Shown here piece by piece: positions 43,722 through 53,616 of a stretch of DNA of 64,000 nt. The translations under genes were made by a program, and so were the position numbers. Source of the stretch: a virus. Its lineage: Duplodnaviria > Caudoviricetes. Each line of letters begins with the position of its first letter. Position 1 is the stretch's first letter. Below the pieces are notes generated by a model. It did not search any database, was not told where the DNA came from, and was given only the letters and a program-made list of their open reading frames with translations. The stretch is taken from IMG/VR virus record IMGVR_UViG_3300037470_000126, positions 18,369-82,368 of that record; one strand, given 5' to 3'.

Positions 43722-46700
43722 CCACCACCGTAGCATTCGCCAACACGAATGACGCCTATCTGTTCTCGGGGTCCTCGTCTTATTCCTCCGCTCTGTCCGG
43801 GCCCGCCGACGGTGTGAGCGCGGTTGACGACGCCTCGCTATTCATCGGCCAGCAACTCTCCGGCAGTACGTTCACCATCTACCAGGCGTTTGTCCAGTTC
43901 GGCTACACCGCAGCCGCGGACCAGATGCCGACCTCCGCGTACTTCCGTCTGAACTCCCACAGTGTTACCGGCACTAGCGTGGCTCGTGGTCTGGAAGTTC
44001 AGACCTTCGACTGGGATGGCACGGTAGATGTCAACGACTGGCGCACGCCGGCACAGCTAGCCCTGGGCAATAACAACCGTGTTGCCAACCTGATCGACAT
44101 CCAGAATGCCAGTAACCTAACCATGCGTGCGGGCATCCCGGATCTAGACGAGGTGGACGACGACGCCACCCTCCGGTACGTCATCAACTCCACGAACAAC
44201 CGCCAGCAGGAAGCCCCGTCTAGTCTAGAGTACAACGGCATCCGCTCAGCGGACTACAGCGGCACCTCGGCGGATCCCGCGCTGTACGTAGCCAGCGTTA
44301 CGGACTCCCTCCTGAACCGCTCCCTAGGTGCCCAGGTTCAGCTCTCAGACGGCACCCACGTTTACATCGAGTTCTCCAGCGTGGTCGACGGGGAGGACGA
44401 CAACTCCCTAATCCATCAGGACAACGATGGGAACACCACCAACCTCGGAACCTTCACTGGTCAGACGTTCACCCGACGGGGAGCCCAGAACTACTCACTG
44501 GCTCGTGACGCCGACGATAACCTGTACGTCATCAACCAGAGGGACGCGGACAACTCCCTAAACTGCCGGGCATTCATCAAGGGCTCCGGTTACTCGTGGT
44601 CCACTGGAACTCTGCGGGGTCTAACCCTGCCCACCTACGAGTCAGACGTTAACAACACCGCTCTTACCTGGCACCCTCAGGGCGGCTCGTTCGGCACTCT
44701 GGTGGCTCTCATCGGTCACCGGGCGGCGGGCAACCGCAACCGAGAGAACCAGATGCTTTATGCCCTACTGAACTGTGACCACCTGATCAACGGGTCCGGG
44801 TCTCTGGCTCGTCGGGTAGCCAGCGCGGACGGCCTTCTCGTTGCCGGCACCTCCATCAACGGGTTCAACAACTTCCCGAATGAGACGGGTACCCTTCTGG
44901 ATGTCTCGTCGGCCCAGGAAGGATCTGCCCGCGGGTACGTGATGAGCACGGCTCGTCACCACGTACTATCAGCCAACTCGGGGCAGTCTGTAGCCCGGTA
45001 CACCTTGAACGGGTCGGGTACCGGCTTCTCGGAGGTGTGGAACTTCCACGACAACTTCTCCGGGTTCTCCACCAAGGATGCCAATGCCAAGTCCCGTCTA
45101 CTTCCGGTCTCTGAGTCTCGGTATGCCACGGTAAATGCCAGCTCATCCACTGAGTTCGGCCTGGTGGTTAAGCACCGGCAACAGCTCGGTAATGAGTTCA
45201 CCGTGTTGGCAGACGTGAGGCTGGATGAGCAGGACCTAACCTCCATGCCGTCCGCCTCTACTCTGTCCACCGCGAACAACTGGGACGCCATCTATAACCC
45301 GCTGGATAACCGGGTATGGGTGTACTACTTTGACACCAACGACGGTCAAAGGCTCATGCGTACCCACGTGGATCTCAGCACAGGCCAAGCCGGCCAGGAC
45401 GAGGTGGAAGTAAACGACTCGGTCGGAGCTACCGGGTCAACCAACCACGCCATCCGTGTTCACCGCCACCACACCATCGGTGAGCAGATGCTCATTACGG
45501 TGGCCAATGAGACCTCAGGTGGAACTCACTCGCTCATCTACGTTGACGACTTGATTAACGTAGCTCCTGACCAGCCCGTATTGATCCCTAAGGAGAATTT
45601 CGACTCAGACGAAGAGGCTACCTTTGAGTGGACATTCATCGACCCCAACGAGTCCGATACTCAATCAGCGTTTCAGCTCCAGATTGATAACGCCACCACG
45701 GAAGCCTCCGCATTCGACACGGGTAAGACCGCGAGTACGGACAGCAATTACACGCTGGCTGCCAGCTCCATCGACAACGAGGAAGACTACCGTTGGCGGA
45801 TCCGAGTCTGGGATAGCTCGGACGAGGTCTCGGAGTGGTCGGATTACGGGTTCTTCACCACCTCGGCCTCAGGTGTCGTCAACATCACGGATCCAGACTC
45901 GGACAATGATCCAGACATTGTCACGGCCAACTACCTGGTCCAATGGGAAGTGTCAGGTACCACCCAAGAGGACTACCGGGTGGTGGTGTTCAGGACGGAC
46001 ACCGACGAGGAGCTGGTGGACACCGGCTGGGTTGAGTCGGATGACACTGAATACCTCGTGGAAGGTATGCTGGCCGACGTAGAGTGGCAGGTGGAAGTAA
46101 CGGTTCGTGACTCCGCCGATATCGAGTCCAACACCGCCACCCGCCTGATCACCCCGGACTACAACTCTCCCGAGGTGCCCATCATCTCCTTCAACGTGGA
46201 GAACGATGGTGGTTATATCGGACTGAGCATTGAGAACCCGGAGCCTGTTGGAGACCGACCCAACCCAGACACCAACGTAATCCACCGTCGGGAGGTTAGC
46301 ACCTCTGCCACACCAGACGCTTTCCAGGTGCTCGGCGAGGTGGAAGAGAACGGCTCGTTCCGCGACTACACCGCGGCAAGCGGGGTTGAGTACGAGTACC
46401 GTGTCCGAGCGGTTGCTGGTGAGTTCTTCACCGACTCCACCATCACCGAGGTGGACGATACGCTGGAGATTGAGGGTGTCTGGATCCACAACCCGGCAGA
46501 CGCCCAGACAACGGTGAGGCAATTCCGGTTCGGCAAAGACAACCGCTCCACTTCCATTGACATCATGGGAACCGTTCAGACCTTCGCCGGTCGTAAGTTC
46601 CCGGTGGTTGACTTCGGGGAACACGAGGAAGAGGACTTCTCGATCTCCGTGGACATCCCCCACGGCCCGGACTACCGCACCCAGGAAGCGGATCTGAAGG

Positions 46701-46855
46701 ACTTTGCTGAGTCCAAGATTACCCTTGTTCTCCGGGACAATCGGGGTCGATCCGCTTATGGTACACTGACTGGATTCAACCAATCGGATCAGGCTTGGGG
46801 AATCTCGGTCGCGTTCAAGTTCTCCCGAGTGAGCTTTGACATTGAGGAGGTGTGA
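43718..46855 (+). CDS. Large minor tail protein (distal-tail-like, FN3/Ig-like segments)
   Basis: Position; YRWRIRVWD and YEYRVRAV FN3-like motifs. Confidence 0.75.
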   Translation: MTTTVAFANTNDAYLFSGSSSYSSALSGPADGVSAVDDASLFIGQQLSGSTFTIYQAFVQFGYTAAADQMPTSAYFRLNSHSVTGTSVARGLEVQTFDWDGTVDVNDWRTPAQLALGNNNRVANLIDIQNASNLTMRAGIPDLDEVDDDATLRYVINSTNNRQQEAPSSLEYNGIRSADYSGTSADPALYVASVTDSLLNRSLGAQVQLSDGTHVYIEFSSVVDGEDDNSLIHQDNDGNTTNLGTFTGQTFTRRGAQNYSLARDADDNLYVINQRDADNSLNCRAFIKGSGYSWSTGTLRGLTLPTYESDVNNTALTWHPQGGSFGTLVALIGHRAAGNRNRENQMLYALLNCDHLINGSGSLARRVASADGLLVAGTSINGFNNFPNETGTLLDVSSAQEGSARGYVMSTARHHVLSANSGQSVARYTLNGSGTGFSEVWNFHDNFSGFSTKDANAKSRLLPVSESRYATVNASSSTEFGLVVKHRQQLGNEFTVLADVRLDEQDLTSMPSASTLSTANNWDAIYNPLDNRVWVYYFDTNDGQRLMRTHVDLSTGQAGQDEVEVNDSVGATGSTNHAIRVHRHHTIGEQMLITVANETSGGTHSLIYVDDLINVAPDQPVLIPKENFDSDEEATFEWTFIDPNESDTQSAFQLQIDNATTEASAFDTGKTASTDSNYTLAASSIDNEEDYRWRIRVWDSSDEVSEWSDYGFFTTSASGVVNITDPDSDNDPDIVTANYLVQWEVSGTTQEDYRVVVFRTDTDEELVDTGWVESDDTEYLVEGMLADVEWQVEVTVRDSADIESNTATRLITPDYNSPEVPIISFNVENDGGYIGLSIENPEPVGDRPNPDTNVIHRREVSTSATPDAFQVLGEVEENGSFRDYTAASGVEYEYRVRAVAGEFFTDSTITEVDDTLEIEGVWIHNPADAQTTVRQFRFGKDNRSTSIDIMGTVQTFAGRKFPVVDFGEHEEEDFSISVDIPHGPDYRTQEADLKDFAESKITLVLRDNRGRSAYGTLTGFNQSDQAWGISVAFKFSRVSFDIEEV

Positions 46856-46858
46856 CGG

Positions 46859-49800
46859 GTGCAGCCGCTTAACTTGCCCGAGGGGGATCACAACCCCAAC
46901 AACTACAGCGCGGCAGAGATCCTAGCTGCCATCCAAGGTTCCACCGGTTCGCGGAAGTTCTCTTTCCGCTATGAGCTCCTGAACGAGTTCAACCGTAAGA
47001 CCGCGGACCTTACCAACGTCAAGGCCTGCAAGATCAGCCAGAACTGGCTGGCAGACATCAAGCGGACTGCCTCCTTCGACCTGCGAACCGGTGAGACAGA
47101 CCGGATCGACTACCTGAAGGACCGCATTAAGCCGTGGGTCCGTCTGCACATGCCGCCCAAAGAGAATGAAGAGTCCGGCCCCGAGCTTCCTCCGGATCCC
47201 CAGGACCCTCCCGCCTTCGAGGGTCTGACGGACGACTTTGAAACTCAGGAGATGGCCGATGTATGGGACCGCTACAGTGAGGGCGTGAAGAACGTTGGCG
47301 GGCGCCTGAGGATCCCTACAAAGACCTCGTTCCCCGCTGCCGTATCTAACCGCTCGTGGTCTCTCACAGGCTCTTACGTGGCCGCTGAGGTGAACTCTGT
47401 ACCGTCCCTCAGCGGCGGCACAGACGTGGCCCTGAGTATGGTGATCAACTCCAACACTGCGGGCACGAACCTTACCATCCAGTACCGACTGATTGGATTC
47501 GGCTCCGAGAACAAGCTGGAGTTTATCAGCTTCGATAACGTGTTCCAGGACCCCGGGTTTACCAGTATCGACTACGACCCGGACGAACACGTATGGTGGC
47601 GGATCCGAGAAGACAGCGGCACCATGTTCTGGGAGACGAGCCGAACGGGTCTGCCCGGTACCTGGACCATCCAGCGTCAGGATGACACTCCGGACTGGGT
47701 GGTAGACGAGGACGAGACACTGGAACTGTTCTTCCAGTGCAACGGTGACGCATCGGAAGATGACTTTGCCGAGGTCGACAACGTCAACCTTACGCCGGAG
47801 GGTGTGGAAGTCTCCTTTGACGACCAGATCACGTGGCAGAACAACTTCAACGGCACGCCCGGCGTAACCGGTGAAGAGGTCACGGTTAACAACTCGGCTC
47901 GTCATGGAAACGCCCTAGATGAAGTTCTAGGGACTGTAGTCTATGACGATGAGGTCTCCGCAGACAACAGTAGGTCCGTTCGCCTAGGAGAAGACTCAAC
48001 GGATGAGGGGACTATTGTTATCCGGCTGAAGTCTGCTCTTCCAGAGTGGTCTCTCCGGTGCTACTTCCAGATCCCCAGCGGCGGACTTCTCAACATCCAG
48101 CCGGATGCCGTTGACCCCGACTCGGATAACTACATTTTCCTAGATGACGACTCGGGAACCTGGACAGCCGGCTCGGTTAATCTGACCGAAGAGGTCACGG
48201 GCAACTTGATTGATCAGCCAGTAAAGCTGGAAGTTCTCAACACGGAGGATCTAACCATCTATCGGTTCTTTTGGACCGATATCACTTCAAGCTCTCCCGA
48301 CTATGTAACATCGGAATCCAATGCGGGCCGGGACCCCCTCCAATCCCTTACGTTCACGGGAGGCAGTTCTACCACACCAGCCGTGTTCGTAGATAATGTC
48401 CTGATCGCCGAGCCGGAGACGTTCGAGAGGTTCACCCCCGACTCGGTCAACTACGTGGAGTGGCCCCAGGGCGTATTCATCCTCTCCAGCCCCAGCCAGG
48501 AATCTGACCAGTCCGACGTTATCACCCGCGGCGTTGAGGGGTATGACCTGACCCAGGTTCTCCACGACAACCTGGTCAGTGACCGATTTTCCTCATCGGG
48601 CCTACTCACTGTGGACGACAACTTCGCTCGGGAAGAGTCCGGTGACTGGGGAGAGTCCGACGACGGCACCACTTGGGCCCATAACACAGTGGCTAATACC
48701 GAGCTGGGTGTTTCGGCTGACGGGTATGCCTTCGTAGTTATCGAGGCTAACCCCTCGACCATCCGTCTGAACCAGGCCGGCACCACGAGCCAAGAGATCC
48801 TGGGGGACTCTGAGGTCTACACCCGGATCTCCGTGGATCAAACCGCCACGGGTAACAGCTTCTTGCCGGCAGTAGTCTTCCGCCTGTTCTCGGTAAGTGC
48901 CTATTACCGTCTCCGCGTTCACCACCTGACCGGCGGCACCATCAACCTGTCAGTTACTCGCGTGGGTACCCAGTTCGGTGACACGGTAGTCACCAGCGTG
49001 ACCTACACCCCCGGTGAGTTCTTGAACGTCCGTGCTCAGTGCATTGGCCACGTGATCCGAGGTAAGGTCTGGGCCGACGGCGAGGTGGAGCCCACCTCGT
49101 GGATGATCGAGGAAGAGATCACCTCAGACCTCATCGACTTTGGGTTTACTGGCCTGTCGGCCTCGGCATTCGGGGACAACACGAACACGGACCCTGAATT
49201 CCGGTATGACCTGTTCCAACTGAACGGCAACCCCAAGAACCTCTATACCGAACTGATCCACCGCCTGTTCCATGAGAACAGCCTGTCCCACCGCATCACC
49301 CTGTCCGACGAGGTGATCCCCACGATCCGGGAGTGGGAAGCTGGTACGTCTCACCTGACCATCATCAATGACCTCCTGGACGCCATCAACTACGAATCCT
49401 TGTCCTTCGATGAAAACGGGTTCGCGGTTGTCAAGCCGTATGTGTCCCCGCAGGATCGCGGCTCGGAGTTCACGTACCAGGACAATGACCTGTCCATCAT
49501 GTATCCGGAGGTCATGAAGGAACTGGATCTGTTCTCCATCCCTAACCGATGGATCCTCACAGTCTCCGATCCAGATCGAGAGGCCATCACAGTAGTCCTG
49601 GAGAACAACGACCCGGCTAGCCCCACCAGCACGGTTCGACGTGGGCGCACCATCACTCGGTTCGAACAAGAGCAGGAAGCATCCAGTGAGGCCACTCTAG
49701 TTGAGAAGGCTTCCCGGATGGCGTTCGAGGCTTCACAGGTATATGAGGCCATTGAGTTTGACACGGGATTGAATCCCATCCACTCGGGTAACGACGTTTA

Positions 49801-50230
49801 CAAGATCCACTATGACCCGCTGGGAGTTAGGGGTAAGTACCAGGAGCACACCTGGGAAATGGATCTCAAGGCTGGCGCCAAGATGTCCCACCGGGCTCGC
49901 CGCGTTATCTCTCTCGTGGCCGGTCAGGACCCCAGCATCATCACCGATGATCTGGAGGTTACGGGCGCACTACAAGCCGGCAACATCGCTTCAGGTGTGG
50001 AAACAGTCAATCCAGTGGCTAACACTCGAACCTCCCATGCCATCACTGGTCTAGACCTCCAAGGTCGGGGACCTGTCCGAGTGTTCGTAACAGCGGAGTC
50101 TATCGTTCCGGGTAGCGTGTTCATGGAGGTAACCACCGCGGATCATACCCCACGAGGGTTTACCATCTGGGTCTACCGCACAACCTCCACTGCCACCAAC
50201 ATCCACTGGCTAGCTATGAGGGGCGCCTGA
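46859..50230 (+). CDS. Large minor tail/hub protein with inserted beta-sandwich domains
   Basis: IKRTASF N-terminus, D.FSIPNRW and RRGRTI C-terminal hub-like motifs. Confidence 0.78.
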   Translation: MQPLNLPEGDHNPNNYSAAEILAAIQGSTGSRKFSFRYELLNEFNRKTADLTNVKACKISQNWLADIKRTASFDLRTGETDRIDYLKDRIKPWVRLHMPPKENEESGPELPPDPQDPPAFEGLTDDFETQEMADVWDRYSEGVKNVGGRLRIPTKTSFPAAVSNRSWSLTGSYVAAEVNSVPSLSGGTDVALSMVINSNTAGTNLTIQYRLIGFGSENKLEFISFDNVFQDPGFTSIDYDPDEHVWWRIREDSGTMFWETSRTGLPGTWTIQRQDDTPDWVVDEDETLELFFQCNGDASEDDFAEVDNVNLTPEGVEVSFDDQITWQNNFNGTPGVTGEEVTVNNSARHGNALDEVLGTVVYDDEVSADNSRSVRLGEDSTDEGTIVIRLKSALPEWSLRCYFQIPSGGLLNIQPDAVDPDSDNYIFLDDDSGTWTAGSVNLTEEVTGNLIDQPVKLEVLNTEDLTIYRFFWTDITSSSPDYVTSESNAGRDPLQSLTFTGGSSTTPAVFVDNVLIAEPETFERFTPDSVNYVEWPQGVFILSSPSQESDQSDVITRGVEGYDLTQVLHDNLVSDRFSSSGLLTVDDNFAREESGDWGESDDGTTWAHNTVANTELGVSADGYAFVVIEANPSTIRLNQAGTTSQEILGDSEVYTRISVDQTATGNSFLPAVVFRLFSVSAYYRLRVHHLTGGTINLSVTRVGTQFGDTVVTSVTYTPGEFLNVRAQCIGHVIRGKVWADGEVEPTSWMIEEEITSDLIDFGFTGLSASAFGDNTNTDPEFRYDLFQLNGNPKNLYTELIHRLFHENSLSHRITLSDEVIPTIREWEAGTSHLTIINDLLDAINYESLSFDENGFAVVKPYVSPQDRGSEFTYQDNDLSIMYPEVMKELDLFSIPNRWILTVSDPDREAITVVLENNDPASPTSTVRRGRTITRFEQEQEASSEATLVEKASRMAFEASQVYEAIEFDTGLNPIHSGNDVYKIHYDPLGVRGKYQEHTWEMDLKAGAKMSHRARRVISLVAGQDPSIITDDLEVTGALQAGNIASGVETVNPVANTRTSHAITGLDLQGRGPVRVFVTAESIVPGSVFMEVTTADHTPRGFTIWVYRTTSTATNIHWLAMRGA

Positions 50231-50535
50231 TGGTTGAAGTAAGGAACCATGATCTCCGGATCAGCGGTCGACTAAAGGCCGGCAACATCGCTCAAGGCAC
50301 AGAGACCATCACCCCGGTGGCCAACACTCCCACCTCAGTAACCATCTCTGGTCTAGATCTCCAAGGAACAGGAACCATCACCGGCCTGTGTACTCCCGTG
50401 ACTTCCGTTCCCGGCACCACAGTCCTAGAGACCGCCGTGTCCAGTGTCTCGTCCTCAGGCATGGATCTATACATCTACCGCACCAACACCACAGCCACCA
50501 AGGTGGGTTGGTTCATGATCCGACAACGAACATAA
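50230..50535 (+). CDS. Small tail-associated beta-sandwich protein
   Basis: Paralogous to the last ~95 aa of 46859..50230. Confidence 0.75.
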   Translation: MVEVRNHDLRISGRLKAGNIAQGTETITPVANTPTSVTISGLDLQGTGTITGLCTPVTSVPGTTVLETAVSSVSSSGMDLYIYRTNTTATKVGWFMIRQRT

Positions 50536-50609
50536 CTCCCCGGTCACCCCTTGACAAGTGTGTTACACTTCCGGTATCGGACTTGACAACAACTTGGAGG
50601 AGGTGCTAA

Positions 50610-50921
50610 GTGACCACGATCATTGACGACGACCTAGTGGTGTCGGGTGCCCTCAGCGCGGCTAACGTTATCTTCGGCTCGGTGACCATCACTCCCGAGG
50701 TTAACACCCCGACCAAGGCTGAGGTTCGAGGCCTGAACCACCCAGACACCAACGAGCCTACGGTTATCCTGTCTGCTCACTCGGCTTATCCACAGGTTCG
50801 GGTTCGAGAAGTCGGGTATCGCTTCTCCAACTCGGATGGCTTTGATGCCTACATCTACCGGACCAGTGGAGTGGACACCAACGTGCACTGGCTGTCGTGG
50901 CAGGAGGCAGAGCTAGAATGA
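50610..50921 (+). CDS. Small tail-associated beta-sandwich protein
   Basis: Third copy of the same domain (DDL.V.G.L.A.N...YRT...T.VHW). Confidence 0.75.
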   Translation: MTTIIDDDLVVSGALSAANVIFGSVTITPEVNTPTKAEVRGLNHPDTNEPTVILSAHSAYPQVRVREVGYRFSNSDGFDAYIYRTSGVDTNVHWLSWQEAELE

Positions 50922-51193
50922 AAAGGAGTGAGTACCTAAAGCGGTCCCGGGAGTTCCGATCGTATCTCCAGTCGGAGGCTGCAAAACCTGAGGCGGAGCG
51001 TAGATTCCCCACCCGGCCTGAAGACTGGTTCTCGGTGGAAGCCATTCTCACTTGTACCACACCCACCTGCGTTGTTCGTGGTCAAGGCTTCTCCCACAGC
51101 ATCAAGGAGAATGCAGATGGGGTATATCGGGCAGTCTGTGGCCGCTGTCACACCCCCATCACTGACATCAACCTACAGCTAGAGGAGGATTGA
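50918..51193 (+). CDS. Small zinc-ribbon protein
   Basis: CTTPTC and CGRC. Confidence 0.65.
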   Translation: MKRSEYLKRSREFRSYLQSEAAKPEAERRFPTRPEDWFSVEAILTCTTPTCVVRGQGFSHSIKENADGVYRAVCGRCHTPITDINLQLEED

Positions 51194-52137
51194 TGACCGA
51201 CCCTCGACGGAACGCAGAGATCTTCCTCCGTAGCGTTGCCGGCTTCACAGACAAGCAAGGAGCCAAGCGCTCTCACAACAGGCCCATCCGCCTGGGCGCG
51301 ATTGACTACGATTACGTCCCGGAGGAGTTCCTGGGCGGGGTGAACCCCCGGATCCTGTTCGACGGCGAGAACACGGTATCCAACAAGCGTTATGCCGTCA
51401 TGGCCCCGTATTACCCTCTCGCGGGTGACCGGGTCTGCCTCCTACCCATCGGCAATTCTTACCTGATCATTGGGCCTGTCTCGTCACAGGCTATCCCTCC
51501 CGATGTCCAGTATTACACAGCCGACGGTACCTGGACTAAGCCCCCCGGCGCCCGCACCATCTACGTTCAGGTGCAGGCCGCGGGTGGGGGTGGAGGAGGC
51601 TGTCCCAACGCAGGTTCAGGTGAAGGTGCCGTGGCGGGGGGTGGAGGTGGGGGCGGTTACGCGGAGAGCTGGCTCACCGCTAACACCGTCTCGTCCTCTG
51701 AGGCGGTCACAGTAGGTACCGGCGGTGCGGGTGGGACTGGGGCTGACGACGGGTCTGCCGGCAGCTCATCTTCTTTCGGTTCCCATGTATCTGCAAACGG
51801 TGGTGGGGGCGGTACTCAAGGTACAGCTTCCTCCACCCGGTTTGCTCGTGCTGGCGGCTCTGGAGGTACCGGGTCAGCCGGTGATCTCCTCATCCAAGGC
51901 GGGGACGGCTTCAACGGTTATACCCATGGGGGTGAGATCACTTACTCTGCCGCCGGGGGTGATTCCCAACTAGCCCATAACCGTCGAGGCACGGCAGTAA
52001 GCGGCTCCTCTGCAAATGGTACCGCAGGTTACACCTACGGGGGCGGGGGCGGAGGAGGTGTTGCTCGAAACAACAGTGGCACCTCCAACGGGGGAAGTGG
52101 TGCCGACGGCATCGTAATCGTAACCACGTATTTCTAG
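51190..52137 (+). CDS. Minor tail protein with glycine-rich domain
   Basis: GDRV N-terminal motif; YTADGTWTKP, AAGGGGG, GADGIVIV. Confidence 0.8.
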   Translation: MMTDPRRNAEIFLRSVAGFTDKQGAKRSHNRPIRLGAIDYDYVPEEFLGGVNPRILFDGENTVSNKRYAVMAPYYPLAGDRVCLLPIGNSYLIIGPVSSQAIPPDVQYYTADGTWTKPPGARTIYVQVQAAGGGGGGCPNAGSGEGAVAGGGGGGGYAESWLTANTVSSSEAVTVGTGGAGGTGADDGSAGSSSSFGSHVSANGGGGGTQGTASSTRFARAGGSGGTGSAGDLLIQGGDGFNGYTHGGEITYSAAGGDSQLAHNRRGTAVSGSSANGTAGYTYGGGGGGGVARNNSGTSNGGSGADGIVIVTTYF

Positions 52138-52146
52138 GAGGACACC

Positions 52147-52452
52147 ATGTTCGGTGACTACCTGGTTTCACAGATCCGCACCTACGTCCCGTCTGGAGTC
52201 GGCGCTCTCATCTCATGGCTTGCCCTGCGAGGTGTGGAAGTCACCTCGGACCACAAGCTCCTTCTGGTCACCGGATCCACGGCTCTCGCCACGGGCTTGT
52301 ACTTCACCGCCGCGAGTGCGGTCCAGCGTAAGTGGCCGTCGATCGGCCGCCTACTGCTGGGCTCCAAGAAGACGCCGACCTATTCACTCCCCGCGGGAGG
52401 TGGTGCTGGCGATAACGCCCAAAGCAATGACTCCATCGGAGACGCCAGGTGA
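52147..52452 (+). CDS. Holin
   Basis: IRTYVP..VG, two hydrophobic segments, LLLG..K.P.Y. Confidence 0.75.
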   Translation: MFGDYLVSQIRTYVPSGVGALISWLALRGVEVTSDHKLLLVTGSTALATGLYFTAASAVQRKWPSIGRLLLGSKKTPTYSLPAGGGAGDNAQSNDSIGDAR

Positions 52453-52700
52453 GTACGGAGATGCCCAGAGAAGACGTGGAAAGACTGGTCCGTATCGAGA
52501 CAAAGCTAGACCAGGTTCTAGCTCGCTCCGATGAGGACCGGCAAGCTCACGAGAAGGCCATGGCCGAGGTCAAGCAAAAGCACGAGACCCTACGGAGTCG
52601 AGTCAACTCCTTGGAGAACTGGCGATACGCCGTGGGTGCCGCGTTGCTCATGAGCAGTGCCGGCGCAATCGGGGCAGCCATCAACATCGCTCCGAAGTAG
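52449..52700 (+). CDS. Coiled-coil protein with C-terminal membrane anchor (lysis accessory)
   Basis: RLVRIETKLD...LENWRY then a hydrophobic tail. Confidence 0.7.
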   Translation: MSTEMPREDVERLVRIETKLDQVLARSDEDRQAHEKAMAEVKQKHETLRSRVNSLENWRYAVGAALLMSSAGAIGAAINIAPK

Positions 52701-52717
52701 CACCAGCACCAACCAGA

Positions 52718-52751
52718 GAGCTCCGCTCATGTCAGGTACAGAGCGGAGCTC
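52718..52751 (+). terminator. Late-operon terminator hairpin
   Basis: GAGCTCCGCTC...GAGCGGAGCTC. Confidence 0.65.
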
Positions 52752-53018
52752 AATGGTGGCGTGACTGCTGTCTCATCACCGATGACGACGATACAGACGC
52801 TCTCGCCTAGCTCCAAAACTTACAGAATCGCGTCTCTCGGCGTCTCTCATAGCTCAGTGACAGATACTCTCACGCTCTCTATTCGATCTCTCCTAACGAG
52901 CGTACAGAGCTTCACTCACTTCTCGGGCTAGCCGCCAGAGAGCCCCGACCGAATGACCCTCAGCATCCGATCGGGGCTCTCCTGCCGAGGGGGGGGGATC
53001 TCGGCGATGGGCGCTGGG

Positions 53019-53546
53019 CTACCAGCCCATGCCCTGGTTCATGTCGGCCAGGGACTTGAACGGGTGAAGCCCGCTCTCGTCCATGACCCAGAACTCCCTG
53101 GTGTGCTCGCCGTACCAGACGTGCACACCCAGGTGGCGCTTGAGGTTCTGCACCTGACGGGCCATGCGGTGCTGGTCGGCGAACTCAGACGGCTTGCCGG
53201 TCATCCTCTCGACAGCCGGTAGGGCGTGGGTCAGTGTGGTCTCAGACGACTCCTGTTCCACACCCGCCGTCTCAGGCTCGGTGCTCAGCGCCTTGACGAC
53301 CTCCACCACATCCTCGATGGGAGCCTCCGCGGCGAACTTCTCGATGGCACGACGAACCGGGAAGGGACCCGAGAACCCATCCATGCGACGAGGCACGCGG
53401 CTGACTTCCACCGCGTCCATATTCACGTCCGTTGCGTGGATGACTCCATCGCTCACCGCCTGCTGTACGTCGGCCACTCGGAGAGGCATGGTCTCGTCCA
53501 GCTTGTCCGGCATCTGAGCCAGCGGCATGACCTGGGTCTCGTTCAC
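53019..53546 (-). CDS. Hypothetical protein
   Basis: AAGGAG RBS; own promoter. Confidence 0.7.
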   Translation of the reverse strand: MNETQVMPLAQMPDKLDETMPLRVADVQQAVSDGVIHATDVNMDAVEVSRVPRRMDGFSGPFPVRRAIEKFAAEAPIEDVVEVVKALSTEPETAGVEQESSETTLTHALPAVERMTGKPSEFADQHRMARQVQNLKRHLGVHVWYGEHTREFWVMDESGLHPFKSLADMNQGMGW

Positions 53547-53577
53547 GGGTTACTCCTTGTCGTCGTTGCTTGCACTC

Positions 53578-53607
53578 ACGCTACTTGCCACATGACCTGT
53601 CGGTCAA
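53578..53607 (-). promoter_or_regulatory. Sigma70-type promoter
   Basis: TTGACC-18-TAGCGT. Confidence 0.55.
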
Positions 53608-53616
53608 GACTGTGGT

